Program-made: the position numbers and the translations under genes
The notes under the pieces: model-generated
What the model saw: the letters and a program-made list of their open reading frames with translations, nothing else
What the model was told of the DNA's origin: nothing
The model's database searches: none
Assembly (NCBI GenBank): GCA_965222235.1
Contig: OZ244939.1
Location: forward strand, 493,942 to 557,941
Source: Minisyncoccota bacterium
Lineage (GTDB): Bacteria > Patescibacteriota > Minisyncoccia > Phycocordibacterales > JABAAK01
Reading direction: 5' to 3'
DNA length: 64,000 nucleotides
In this document: positions 48,243-57,266 of the stretch, piece after piece
How positions within the stretch are numbered: position 1 is the first letter of the stretch
Layout: every line of letters begins with the position of its first letter

Positions 48243-49376
48243 CTACGGCCGCCGGATACCCGGCGGCCTTTTTCTTGTCCCGATCACCCGTGCATACAGG
48301 TCATGGTACTGCCGGTACACGGTCGTATGCGAAAACCGGAGCGCCCGTTCCCGCGCCTTCGCGCCGAATGTGCCGTCGCCCGACAGCAGATCACCGATGC
48401 GCGCGGCAAACGCTGATATATCATGCGGATCATTGATCAGATACCCTGTCTCACCGTCTGCAACAACTTCGGCAAGACCGCCGACCCGGGACGCGACAAC
48501 CGGCACGCCGCACGCCTGCGCTTCAAGCGCCGCAAGAGAAAAACTTTCATACAATGAGGGCAGAAGCAGCACCCGCGACCGCTGCAGCTGCCGCACCACC
48601 CCCCGCTCGGGAAGACTTCCCGTGAACGATACCGACTGCGATATGCCAAGGCGGTCAGCCAGACGCTTCGTCTTCTCCAGCGCCGGTCCGCCGCCGACAC
48701 ATACCAGCTCGGTATCCGGATGCGTCCGGAGCACCTCGACGAAAACGGCAATGACCATATCCGGCTGCTTGATAGGTTTGAAATTGGAAACATGAATCAT
48801 CCGCCTGCCGGCATCGGTACCGGGCGTGAACACCGAGGTGTCAACGCCGTTCGGTATCACACACACGCCGTCGCGGACGGTGCCGTAGATCCGTTCCGCC
48901 TCCTCCCGCAAACTGCGCGACACGAACGACACAGCATCGGCATCCCGCAACAGCGCGCGGTTGAGTTCCGAAAACACATCCGCCCCCGGGTTGCTGCCGT
49001 CGGGTCCGATGACATCCGTGCCGTGAAAGGTGACGACCAGCGAAACGGGATTCGTGCCGGCAAGAATCTGTCTCGCGAACAGTCCCGCGTGCCCGCAGGA
49101 TATACCGTAGTGCGCGTGGATAATGTCAATGCGGTGCTCAGTGCAGCAGCGCAATATATCCTCAACGAACGACATCTCAATGAGCGGATAGCGGAATGAC
49201 GGGTACTGTCGGACGGTCACCGTTGACACTGCGATGTCGCCTGAATCGTGGAACGGCCGCTCGTAGCTCAGGAAACGGGAATAGATACCCGGCTGCTGTG
49301 CGAGGTGTGCGGCGATACGGAACGCGACGGTGCCGCTGCCGCCGAGCCAGGGCAGTGCGACGGTTAAGATGCGCAT
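48243..49376 (-). CDS. bshA: GT4 glycosyltransferase, BshA-like (GlcNAc-malate synthase)
   Basis: GGSGTVA, F.YP, IHAHY, TFHGTDV, HVSNFKPIK and ESFSLAALEA motifs match BshA. Confidence 0.7.
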   Translation of the reverse strand: MRILTVALPWLGGSGTVAFRIAAHLAQQPGIYSRFLSYERPFHDSGDIAVSTVTVRQYPSFRYPLIEMSFVEDILRCCTEHRIDIIHAHYGISCGHAGLFARQILAGTNPVSLVVTFHGTDVIGPDGSNPGADVFSELNRALLRDADAVSFVSRSLREEAERIYGTVRDGVCVIPNGVDTSVFTPGTDAGRRMIHVSNFKPIKQPDMVIAVFVEVLRTHPDTELVCVGGGPALEKTKRLADRLGISQSVSFTGSLPERGVVRQLQRSRVLLLPSLYESFSLAALEAQACGVPVVASRVGGLAEVVADGETGYLINDPHDISAFAARIGDLLSGDGTFGAKARERALRFSHTTVYRQYHDLYARVIGTRKRPPGIRRP

Positions 49377-49467
49377 AATTCAGGCAATAGTACCACATAC
49401 CGCCGTTCCCGTTCAAGCGTCCGCGCCTGAAAAAGAGCGGCGGCGTGTGATATAATCAGAAGTACCT

Positions 49468-51321
49468 ATGCGGCTGAACGAAGTACGGAAGCGATACATA
49501 CAATATATGCGGTCGCGCGGGCACAGCATACTTGCATCCGCGCCGCTTATCCCGCAGAACGATGCCACGACACTGTTCACCGGCTCCGGTATGCAGCCGC
49601 TCGTTCCGTATCTGCTTGGCAGGGAGCACCAGCAGGGAGCGAGGCTCGCCGACTCGCAAAAATGCTTCCGCGCCAACGACATAGATGAAGTCGGCGACAA
49701 CCGGCACACCACCTTCTTTGAAATGCTCGGCAACTGGTCGCTCGGCGACTATTTCAAAGAAGAGCAGATACGGCAGTGCTTTGCATTCTTCACGGACAGC
49801 GACACCGGACTCGGCCTGGATCCGAACCGCCTGTATGTTACGGCATTCGCCGGCGACGACACGCTCGGCATCCCCCGGGATGACACCGCCGCCGATATGT
49901 GGAAACAGCTCTTCAGCGAAGCGGGTGTCAGCGCGGAGACGGCACACATCGGCTCGCAGGAAGACGGTGACCGCCGCGGCATGAAGCCCGGTGAGAGAAT
50001 ATTTTTCTATGACGCCGGAAAGAACTGGTGGAGCAGGTCGGGACCGCCGGAGAGCATGCCTTCGGGAGAGCCGGGAGGCCCCGATACCGAAGTGTTCTAC
50101 GATTTCGGCGACGAGCATGTCGACCCGGCATATGCGCACCTCAAACCGCATCCGAATTCCGATTCCGGACGGTTCATTGAAATATGCAACTCCGTGTTCA
50201 TGGAATATCTCCGCACCGCTGACGGCTTCAAGCCGCTGCCGAAAAAAAATGTTGACTTCGGCGCCGGACTGGAGCGGCTGACCGCCGTGACCGAACGGAC
50301 ACCGGACATCTTCGCCGTTGACGTCTTTGCCCCCTGCATACGGGCGCTTGAGGAAAAAACCGACAGTACATATATTGACAATCCGACACCCTTCCGGGTC
50401 ATAGCCGATCATCTGCGGAGCGCGATCTTCATCCTTGCGGACGGTGTGACACCGTCAAACACCGACCGCGGCTATGTGCTCCGGAGACTCATACGCGAAG
50501 CGGTGTACCGTCTGCGGTATGCGCTGCGGATAGAAGATATGAATCTTGCCGAGCTCGTCCCGCATTTCGTCGCCGTGTATGAAAAGCAGTATCCGGAGAC
50601 GGCCGCGGAACATATACAGAAACATATTGCCGAAGAGGAGGAGCGGTTTTCCCGTACGCTCAGAAAGGGCATGAACATATTTAATGCGCTCGCGGAGAAA
50701 AAAACAGTTACCGGCGGGGATGTATTCACGCTCCAGAGCACGTACGGATTTCCGAAAGAACTGACCGCCGCGCTCGCGGAGGAGCGGGGCATCGTCGTCT
50801 CACTTGAGACATATGACGAGGCGATGCGGAAACACAAAGAATTCTCGGGGCGGGGGGGAGAAAAAAAATTCAAGGGCGGCCTTGCCGACACGGACGGCAT
50901 GAGCGTGAAATATCACACGGCAACTCATCTGCTGCATCAGGCGTTGCGGGATGTGCTGGGGGATGCCGCTGAGCAGCGGGGATCCAACATCACGCCGAAG
51001 CGGCTGCGGTTTGACTTTGTACACGACGGTAGAATGACCGACGAAGAAAAGAAGCGCGTTGAAGATATCGTCAACGGGAAAATACGCGAAGGGCTGGACA
51101 TCACATATACGGACATGCCGCGTGCGGAGGCGGAGAACATCGGTGCCATCGGTATCTTCACCTACGACGATCCGGTCAGGGTATATTCCGTGGGAAACTA
51201 CAGCAAAGAATACTGCGGCGGACCGCATGTCAGAAATACCCGGGAACTCGGCACCTTCAGTATCATCAGGGAGGAGGCGGTCTCCGCGGGCGTGCGCCGT
51301 ATCAGGGCGGTGCTGCGGTAG
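49468..51321 (+). CDS. alaS: Alanine--tRNA ligase (short form without C-Ala domain)
   Basis: TLFTGSGMQPL, HTTFFEMLGNWS, DFGAGLER, HTATHLL, CGGPHV and AGVRRI motifs. Confidence 0.96.
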   Translation: MRLNEVRKRYIQYMRSRGHSILASAPLIPQNDATTLFTGSGMQPLVPYLLGREHQQGARLADSQKCFRANDIDEVGDNRHTTFFEMLGNWSLGDYFKEEQIRQCFAFFTDSDTGLGLDPNRLYVTAFAGDDTLGIPRDDTAADMWKQLFSEAGVSAETAHIGSQEDGDRRGMKPGERIFFYDAGKNWWSRSGPPESMPSGEPGGPDTEVFYDFGDEHVDPAYAHLKPHPNSDSGRFIEICNSVFMEYLRTADGFKPLPKKNVDFGAGLERLTAVTERTPDIFAVDVFAPCIRALEEKTDSTYIDNPTPFRVIADHLRSAIFILADGVTPSNTDRGYVLRRLIREAVYRLRYALRIEDMNLAELVPHFVAVYEKQYPETAAEHIQKHIAEEEERFSRTLRKGMNIFNALAEKKTVTGGDVFTLQSTYGFPKELTAALAEERGIVVSLETYDEAMRKHKEFSGRGGEKKFKGGLADTDGMSVKYHTATHLLHQALRDVLGDAAEQRGSNITPKRLRFDFVHDGRMTDEEKKRVEDIVNGKIREGLDITYTDMPRAEAENIGAIGIFTYDDPVRVYSVGNYSKEYCGGPHVRNTRELGTFSIIREEAVSAGVRRIRAVLR

Positions 51322-51390
51322 ATATAGTAAATGGTATTCTCCACATTGCGTCTATCATCTTTTACGGAGGCAGGGTATAATAACGGGCAT

Positions 51391-52734
51391 ATGGAAAATG
51401 ATGAAAATAATGGCGGGCTCCGTTCTATTGAACGTTCAAATCTCAGTGGCGCGAAAAACCGCACTGTTGCGAGAAAGAAACGTGTTCAGCCAAGGGTGGC
51501 GGAGGCACCTGTCCGTCCGAAATCAGGCGGCAGACGGAGAAACGGCACGATAAAACGCTTTATTATATTCGGCACGGTACTGGTCGGCACCATACTCCTG
51601 CTCATCAGCACGGTGTTCAGCAGCGCGAAGCTGGATCTGACGCTGGCGAATGCCGATGTGCAGATTGACGGCATCTTCTCCGCCGTCCGCGAACCGGCCC
51701 AGTCAAAGGATATATCGTACAGCAAGCTCGGACCGTTCACTGAAACGAAAAACGCCACGATCACAGACATCACCCGTGAGGTTCAGAATACCTATGCCGA
51801 AGGCACCATCATCGTATTCAACGCGAACCGGTCGGGGGAGAAGCTTGATCTGGTGAACCGCACGAGATTCCAGACTGAGGACGGTCGGCTGTACCGCCTC
51901 AGCGGCAAGCAGGTCATCCCCGGCGGCAGAACGGTGGGGGGTGAGTTTGTACCCGGCAGAAAAGAGGTGACCGTGGTCGCCGACAAGATAGGGAACGGAT
52001 ATAATATTGAAAAGAAAGGGGAGCGGTTCTCCATCCCCGGCCTCGCAAAATATAAGGAGTTTGCGAGCTCATATGCGGAATCAAAGACGAAAATAGTCGG
52101 CGGATTCAGCGGCGAACGCTTTATCCCCGATTCAAAAAAGGAGCGGGAAATGCGGGAAGAGTTGCGCAAGGGCATGAAAAAGACCGTGGAAGAGAAACTT
52201 ATGGAAGTGCTGGACACCAACACACTTTCCCAGAAAGTTGTCTTCAGCACCGGCAAATTCTTTACCTACGAATCCCTGGAAAATGAACAGACCGACAACG
52301 GTGTCATCATACAGGAGCGGGTATCGCTGTACGCGGTCTCATTCCGTGAGTCCGATCTTGCGGCGCTGCTTGCCGAATCGGGAACTATGCCGCATGACGC
52401 CCCGGTCACCATTGACCCGACATCTGTTGACGCGAAAAACCTGGTTATGGATATCATCGGTGCGGATGACTTTGATATCGTCTCATCAACCGAATTTAAA
52501 TTCCGTCTTCGCGGATCCGCCAGGGTGTTCTGGAGCATTGACGAAACGTTGTTCAAGATGGACATTGAAGGAAAAACTAAGAACGAGGTGAATGCCGTCC
52601 GGCTTGAACAGTATCCCCAAATTATCAACATACACAAGATTTCACGGTTCCCGGTGTGGCGCAGCTCGCTTCCCGGTAAAGGCGAAAAGATCACGGTCAA
52701 TATACGGTATCAGGACGACACGGATGAGGAGTAG
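51391..52734 (+). CDS. Conserved membrane-anchored hypothetical protein
   Basis: Single TM helix; AEGTIIVFN, TRFQTEDG, ADKIGNGYNI, FSIPGL and GGFSG motifs. Confidence 0.65.
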   Translation: MENDENNGGLRSIERSNLSGAKNRTVARKKRVQPRVAEAPVRPKSGGRRRNGTIKRFIIFGTVLVGTILLLISTVFSSAKLDLTLANADVQIDGIFSAVREPAQSKDISYSKLGPFTETKNATITDITREVQNTYAEGTIIVFNANRSGEKLDLVNRTRFQTEDGRLYRLSGKQVIPGGRTVGGEFVPGRKEVTVVADKIGNGYNIEKKGERFSIPGLAKYKEFASSYAESKTKIVGGFSGERFIPDSKKEREMREELRKGMKKTVEEKLMEVLDTNTLSQKVVFSTGKFFTYESLENEQTDNGVIIQERVSLYAVSFRESDLAALLAESGTMPHDAPVTIDPTSVDAKNLVMDIIGADDFDIVSSTEFKFRLRGSARVFWSIDETLFKMDIEGKTKNEVNAVRLEQYPQIINIHKISRFPVWRSSLPGKGEKITVNIRYQDDTDEE

Positions 52735-52796
52735 CGGCGGCGGATGTGTGCAAAAATCCCCGCCCGAAACGGTGAATATCTGATACAATAAAGAAC

Positions 52797-53657
52797 ATGT
52801 ACAGACCTGAAGTTCTGAGGAAAAAGCACGATGTTCCGTCCGCGGACGACGGGATGCAGCAGGAGACCCATCGCGAAGAGTCAGTCACGGAAACACTTGA
52901 TGCGCTTGAGGAAAAAAGCAAAAGAGGCGAAGAACTCACCCGCGAAGAACTCGTGTTTCTCTACAGTCTGGATGCCGGAACCCCCGGTTTTGAGCGTGAC
53001 GAGGGTCAGCGTGTTCTGGAGATGCGGGACACACGGGACATCCGTAAGGATATTGCCCGTGCGCTGAACTGCGGTGAAGATCAGATCTCCCGCACGGAAG
53101 AAGAAGCACTCTCGGGCAATAGCATATATCACTACGGAAACCTGTTTCTGCGCAGCCGAACCTCGGCCGAAGGGCTGTGGCTGCCCGAGAAGGTGGGCGG
53201 AGATGTTATTCTGGACAGTCTCACCTCAGTTGAGGGGCTGGAGCTGCCGAACGAGATCGGAGGGGGGCTGTTCTTGGGCAGCCTCACCTCAATTGAAGGG
53301 CTGCGGATGCCTGAAATAGTGCGGGGAGATGTGACGCTTGACAGAATCATCTCCGCTCCGGGACTGCGTTTGCCCAGGAAAGTCGGAAAGAGCGTATACC
53401 TGAATAACCTCGCCGCCGCCGAGGAACTGGAGCTGCCGAACGAGGTGGGAAGAAGTGTATTTCTGGACAGCCTCACCTCAGCCGAAGGGTTGCGATTGCC
53501 CGAGAAGGTGGGCGCGGATCTGTCTCTGAACGGTCTCACATCCGCTGAGGGACTGGAGCTGCCGAGCGAGGTGGGAAAGCGGGTATTCCTAAAAGGACTT
53601 GACGCAAAAGAACGGGATGATGTCAGAGCACGGCGACCGGATCTAGTAATTGTTTGA
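52797..53657 (+). CDS. Protein with about seven 22-aa leucine-rich-like solenoid repeats
   Basis: Repeated LTSxEGLxLPxxVGxxVxLxS units. Confidence 0.8.
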   Translation: MYRPEVLRKKHDVPSADDGMQQETHREESVTETLDALEEKSKRGEELTREELVFLYSLDAGTPGFERDEGQRVLEMRDTRDIRKDIARALNCGEDQISRTEEEALSGNSIYHYGNLFLRSRTSAEGLWLPEKVGGDVILDSLTSVEGLELPNEIGGGLFLGSLTSIEGLRMPEIVRGDVTLDRIISAPGLRLPRKVGKSVYLNNLAAAEELELPNEVGRSVFLDSLTSAEGLRLPEKVGADLSLNGLTSAEGLELPSEVGKRVFLKGLDAKERDDVRARRPDLVIV

Positions 53658-53750
53658 AGCCCGGAGATGTCTGTTTATACACAGGATATACCCGATTCAT
53701 CCCGTTGTTACTGGATAAAATTGATATATACGCAATGTGTACAAAGGGGG

Positions 53751-53779
53751 TTGACAGAATAGGAACGTATATATACAAT
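53751..53779 (+). promoter_or_regulatory. Near-consensus sigma70 promoter with no downstream ORF
   Basis: TTGACA-17 bp-TACAAT. Confidence 0.7.
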
Positions 53780-53784
53780 ACCCC

Positions 53785-53845
53785 TGTGTCTTTTCTTCGG
53801 AAAAGGCACATCAAGGGGGGCATCTTCGGGTGCCCCCCTTGATGT
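53785..53845 (+). ncRNA. Candidate small RNA of two C(UUCG)G-capped hairpins
   Basis: tgtgtcttttc-ttcg-gaaaaggcaca followed by acatcaaggggggcatc-ttcg-ggtgccccccttgatgt, starting at the expected transcription start of the 53751 promoter. Confidence 0.45.
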
Positions 53846-53861
53846 ATATATACCGACCGTT

Positions 53862-54485
53862 TCAATGAGCCAGCGCCACGGTCAGAATCACGCCGGCTCC
53901 GGCAGCTCGGAGCGCGCGCCGGGCTTCATTCAGTGTTGCGCCGGAAGTGACAACATCGTCAATGACGATGACCGAACAACCCACAACCGGCGATGCGTGC
54001 AGTGCGCCCGCGACATTCTTTTTTCTTGCATGAGCATCCGGCATTCTGCTCTGCCGCTCCGCCGCTCTCTGCCACCGCAGCACATCCCGCGCATCCCGCA
54101 TCCCGTCCGGATACCCCGCATCCCGTACAGCATTCAGAACGGCATGCAGATGATGATATTGCTCGCGGCTCCGCCGCACGGATGATGCGGGCACCGCGCA
54201 GAGCAGATAGTCCGTATAGGTGCGTGCGCGGAGGTTAAAAAGAAACTGCCGCAGTATGTGCGCGGCAATACGGATGCTGCGTGCATCTTTTTCATATTTT
54301 ATGGCAAGTATGCAGTCCCGCACCACACCTGTTCGGTACGGCAGCAGAAAGGTATGCCCGCCGAACTGTTTCGGCAGAACGTGCGCGTACAGATCCTCAT
54401 CGCGGCACCGGCGCATGCGCGCGGTGTGCCGGCGATACGGGAGAATGCTCTGCAGCAGTGTATTGAGTGCGGCAACGATACGCAT
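53862..54485 (-). CDS. comF: ComF-family competence phosphoribosyltransferase
   Basis: AIKY, AVPAS, QSRM...RKKNVAGA and VIDDVVTSGATL motifs; divergent from pilM. Confidence 0.85.
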   Translation of the reverse strand: MRIVAALNTLLQSILPYRRHTARMRRCRDEDLYAHVLPKQFGGHTFLLPYRTGVVRDCILAIKYEKDARSIRIAAHILRQFLFNLRARTYTDYLLCAVPASSVRRSREQYHHLHAVLNAVRDAGYPDGMRDARDVLRWQRAAERQSRMPDAHARKKNVAGALHASPVVGCSVIVIDDVVTSGATLNEARRALRAAGAGVILTVALAH

Positions 54486-54529
54486 ACGATATATTCCGCA
54501 GTGTAGCACCCGTGGTATGATGCGTGTAC

Positions 54530-55654
54530 ATGTCAATACTGTCGCCGATACAATCACTGTTCAGAAGAGGACAGCGAAGCGCTCTCGGTATTGATATCGG
54601 CTCTTCGGCGGTGAAGGTGGTGCAGGCGCGCCGGGAGAAAGGCACAGCGGTGCTTGAAACATACGGATCACTCGCTATCGGTCCGTATGTGGAGGGGGCG
54701 GAGATCGGGCAGTGCGCGAATGCCAATGACGAGGTCCTGTACACAGTGCTCACCGCGCTTCTGAAGGAGGCGAAGGTTACCGCCACATCGGTCTGCATCG
54801 CGATACCGTTCCACTCAAGCCTGATATCCCTCATTGAAGTGCCGCCGCTGTCCGATGAAAAAATCGGGCAGGTGGTGCCGTTTGAGGCGAAACGATATAT
54901 CCCGGTTCCCCTTGAAGATGTCTCCATTGACTGGTTTGTGGTGCCGCGTGCCCTGCTTGAGCGGGACGATCAGTCAATGTTCCAGGAGGACGGGGAGAAA
55001 GCCATGCCGGTGAAAGAGGAAAAAAGAAAGGTGCTCCTCATCGCCATCCATAACCACGAGCTGCTGAAACACAAGAATATTCTCAGCCGCACCAATCTCA
55101 ATGTGAAGTTTTTTGAGATAGAAATATTCAGCACGCTCCGTTCGTCGGTGTACGAGAACCGGTTGCCGTTCATTATCATTGATATCGGCGCCAGAACCAG
55201 TAAGTTCTACATCGTGGAGCACGGCATCATTCTCCGCTCCCTCTTTATCAATCAGGGAGGGGAGGCGATTACGAACGCCATAGCGAAGACGGAGAACATT
55301 CCGTTCAAGGAGGCGGAATACAAAAAAAGAGAGTCCGGTTTCGGCATGCCGGAGAGCACCACCCGCCACGCGATGGCGCTGGTGACGGACGAAATCTTCA
55401 CCGAGGCGAATAATGCGATAGTCAATTTTGAACAGAAGTACCGTCAGTCCATATCCAAGGCCATTCTCACCGGCGGCGGCGCTTCCATGACCGGTATGCT
55501 TGAGGAAGCGAAAGCGAAAACGAACATAGAGGTGGAAGTGGCGAATCCGTTCGGACGCCTCCGGCATCCCGCATTTCTCAGCGAAACGCTTCAGAAGAGC
55601 GGTTCGGAATTTACCGTGGCGGTCGGCAGTGTGCTGCGCGCGCTGGGGGAATAA
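54530..55654 (+). CDS. pilM: Type IV pilus assembly protein PilM
   Basis: LGIDIGSSAVKVVQ, EAKRYIPVP, IDIGARTS, LTGGGA and NPF motifs. Confidence 0.93.
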   Translation: MSILSPIQSLFRRGQRSALGIDIGSSAVKVVQARREKGTAVLETYGSLAIGPYVEGAEIGQCANANDEVLYTVLTALLKEAKVTATSVCIAIPFHSSLISLIEVPPLSDEKIGQVVPFEAKRYIPVPLEDVSIDWFVVPRALLERDDQSMFQEDGEKAMPVKEEKRKVLLIAIHNHELLKHKNILSRTNLNVKFFEIEIFSTLRSSVYENRLPFIIIDIGARTSKFYIVEHGIILRSLFINQGGEAITNAIAKTENIPFKEAEYKKRESGFGMPESTTRHAMALVTDEIFTEANNAIVNFEQKYRQSISKAILTGGGASMTGMLEEAKAKTNIEVEVANPFGRLRHPAFLSETLQKSGSEFTVAVGSVLRALGE

Positions 55655-55715
55655 TAGTTAACCACACATCACCGTTTACACATTTTTTACTGGTATACTG
55701 ACGGTGTATTGCACT

Positions 55716-56345
55716 ATGTTACCGGACTTTTCAAAAAATTTTGCCAAGCAGACGATATCTCCCGGCGACGGAGACATGAGGAAACAGAATGCCGACGCGG
55801 CAGCCGTTCATACGGATCGGAGGGATGTGCGGGTTATTATCGCATGGGCGATATTCATCGTGTCCCTCATTACCATTGCCGCTTCATACGGCGCCATTTT
55901 CTATTTCAACAGGATAATACAGGATATTGAGCTGCAGATAGAGGAGCAGGAAACCGCCATTCAGACCAGAACGATAGGAGAAATCATTCTCTTTAACGAG
56001 CAGATTGAGACGAGAAAATCCCTCGCCGCATCACGGGCCGGGTATCTCACGATAATCACTGAAGTGGCGAACATTATCATACCGTCGGTGCGCTTCTCAT
56101 CACTGGCTGTATCACTCAAGGACGATGCATATATTGTGAAGATTGACGCAGTGGCGGAGAGCCTGGTTGCGTATCTGCAGCAGGCGAATGTACTCAGAAT
56201 CTCCGAACATCCGCTGATTCAGCGAATAATGATAGATGAATACGCCATCCGCCGGGATGATGCGGGGCGGAACACGGTCACCTTCTCACTCAGCCTGCAG
56301 GTACCGATCAGCAAGGTCGCCGCACCGGCACAAAAAAGCATATGA
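55716..56345 (+). CDS. PilN-like pilus assembly protein
   Basis: TM helix, coiled coil and ferredoxin-like C-terminus; position directly after pilM. Confidence 0.65.
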   Translation: MLPDFSKNFAKQTISPGDGDMRKQNADAAAVHTDRRDVRVIIAWAIFIVSLITIAASYGAIFYFNRIIQDIELQIEEQETAIQTRTIGEIILFNEQIETRKSLAASRAGYLTIITEVANIIIPSVRFSSLAVSLKDDAYIVKIDAVAESLVAYLQQANVLRISEHPLIQRIMIDEYAIRRDDAGRNTVTFSLSLQVPISKVAAPAQKSI

Positions 56346-56896
56346 CAAACAGATTTTTACCAATACTCCTCCTACTCGCTCTCTCCGCAACGCTGTATGC
56401 GTTCATCATTGTGCCGGTGTCCGGAACGGCCCGCACGAAGTATAAGTTTGTGAACAACCTGCAGGAAGTGCTTTCGCAGGCCGAAGAGTTGCACCGGCGC
56501 CGTGATGAACTGCTGGCCCAGAAAAACAGCGTACCGGTCCAGCAGCGGGAAATGCTGAAACGCTCAATTTCACCCCACAACTACAGCGAAGTGGTGCGGT
56601 TCGTCATAGCACTTGAAACGGTCATCGGCAGAAGCGGTTTGGGGGCTGATATCCCGTATACTATCGGACGGGAGAAGAAAGAGGAAAACGGGTTGATTGT
56701 CGTTCCGATCACCTTTAACTTTGATCGGATAGGATACGCCGATCTGCTCAGATTCATTGAGCGGCTTCGCGATTGGGATCGTGGCGCCCGGATTGTGTCC
56801 GTTCGCATCCTCTCCTCCGATTCCGATACCGGCACATCTACGGTGAGGGCGTCAATAACAATAGAAGGGCTCTTCCTGGAAGAATTCAAGACATAA
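56342..56896 (+). CDS. PilO-like pilus assembly protein
   Basis: TM helix and coiled coil; GYADLLRFIERLRDWDR resembles PilO; position in the operon. Confidence 0.7.
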   Translation: MTNRFLPILLLLALSATLYAFIIVPVSGTARTKYKFVNNLQEVLSQAEELHRRRDELLAQKNSVPVQQREMLKRSISPHNYSEVVRFVIALETVIGRSGLGADIPYTIGREKKEENGLIVVPITFNFDRIGYADLLRFIERLRDWDRGARIVSVRILSSDSDTGTSTVRASITIEGLFLEEFKT

Positions 56897-56903
56897 TACG
56901 CAT

Positions 56904-57263
56904 ATGTACAGACAGACAATAAAATCACTCATCATATTCATCGCCCTCATCGCCATCATGTTCTATATAGCCCACTCATTCGCGCGCGAATCAAAGACGG
57001 AGCACACCCTGAACGAAACACGGGCATCCACATTTCTTGATCTGACCCTCAAACTGCAGGGAATCACCTTTGACATTGATTTTGTCAAAAGCCTGTCTGC
57101 CGTAGGAACGGCGGAGCCGGCAATCGCCGAAACCCTGTCGCGTTCGCAGGTGGGAAGGCCGAATCCGTTCTCGTCAGCCAGGGGGCAGCGTATCGGTCCC
57201 GCCCCGACGCCGCAGAAACCGCCCGCACCCGTCGCCGAACCGCAGGTATTGATACTGCCGTAA
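56904..57263 (+). CDS. Small membrane protein of the pil operon (PilP position, GRPNPF motif)
   Basis: N-terminal TM helix and GRPNPF; lies between the pilO-like gene and pilB. Confidence 0.6.
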   Translation: MYRQTIKSLIIFIALIAIMFYIAHSFARESKTEHTLNETRASTFLDLTLKLQGITFDIDFVKSLSAVGTAEPAIAETLSRSQVGRPNPFSSARGQRIGPAPTPQKPPAPVAEPQVLILP

Positions 57264-57266
57264 TAT

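Noticed and set aside
51391-52734. Prophage or baseplate gene
   Set aside because: Membrane-anchored, in housekeeping context, with no phage genes around it.
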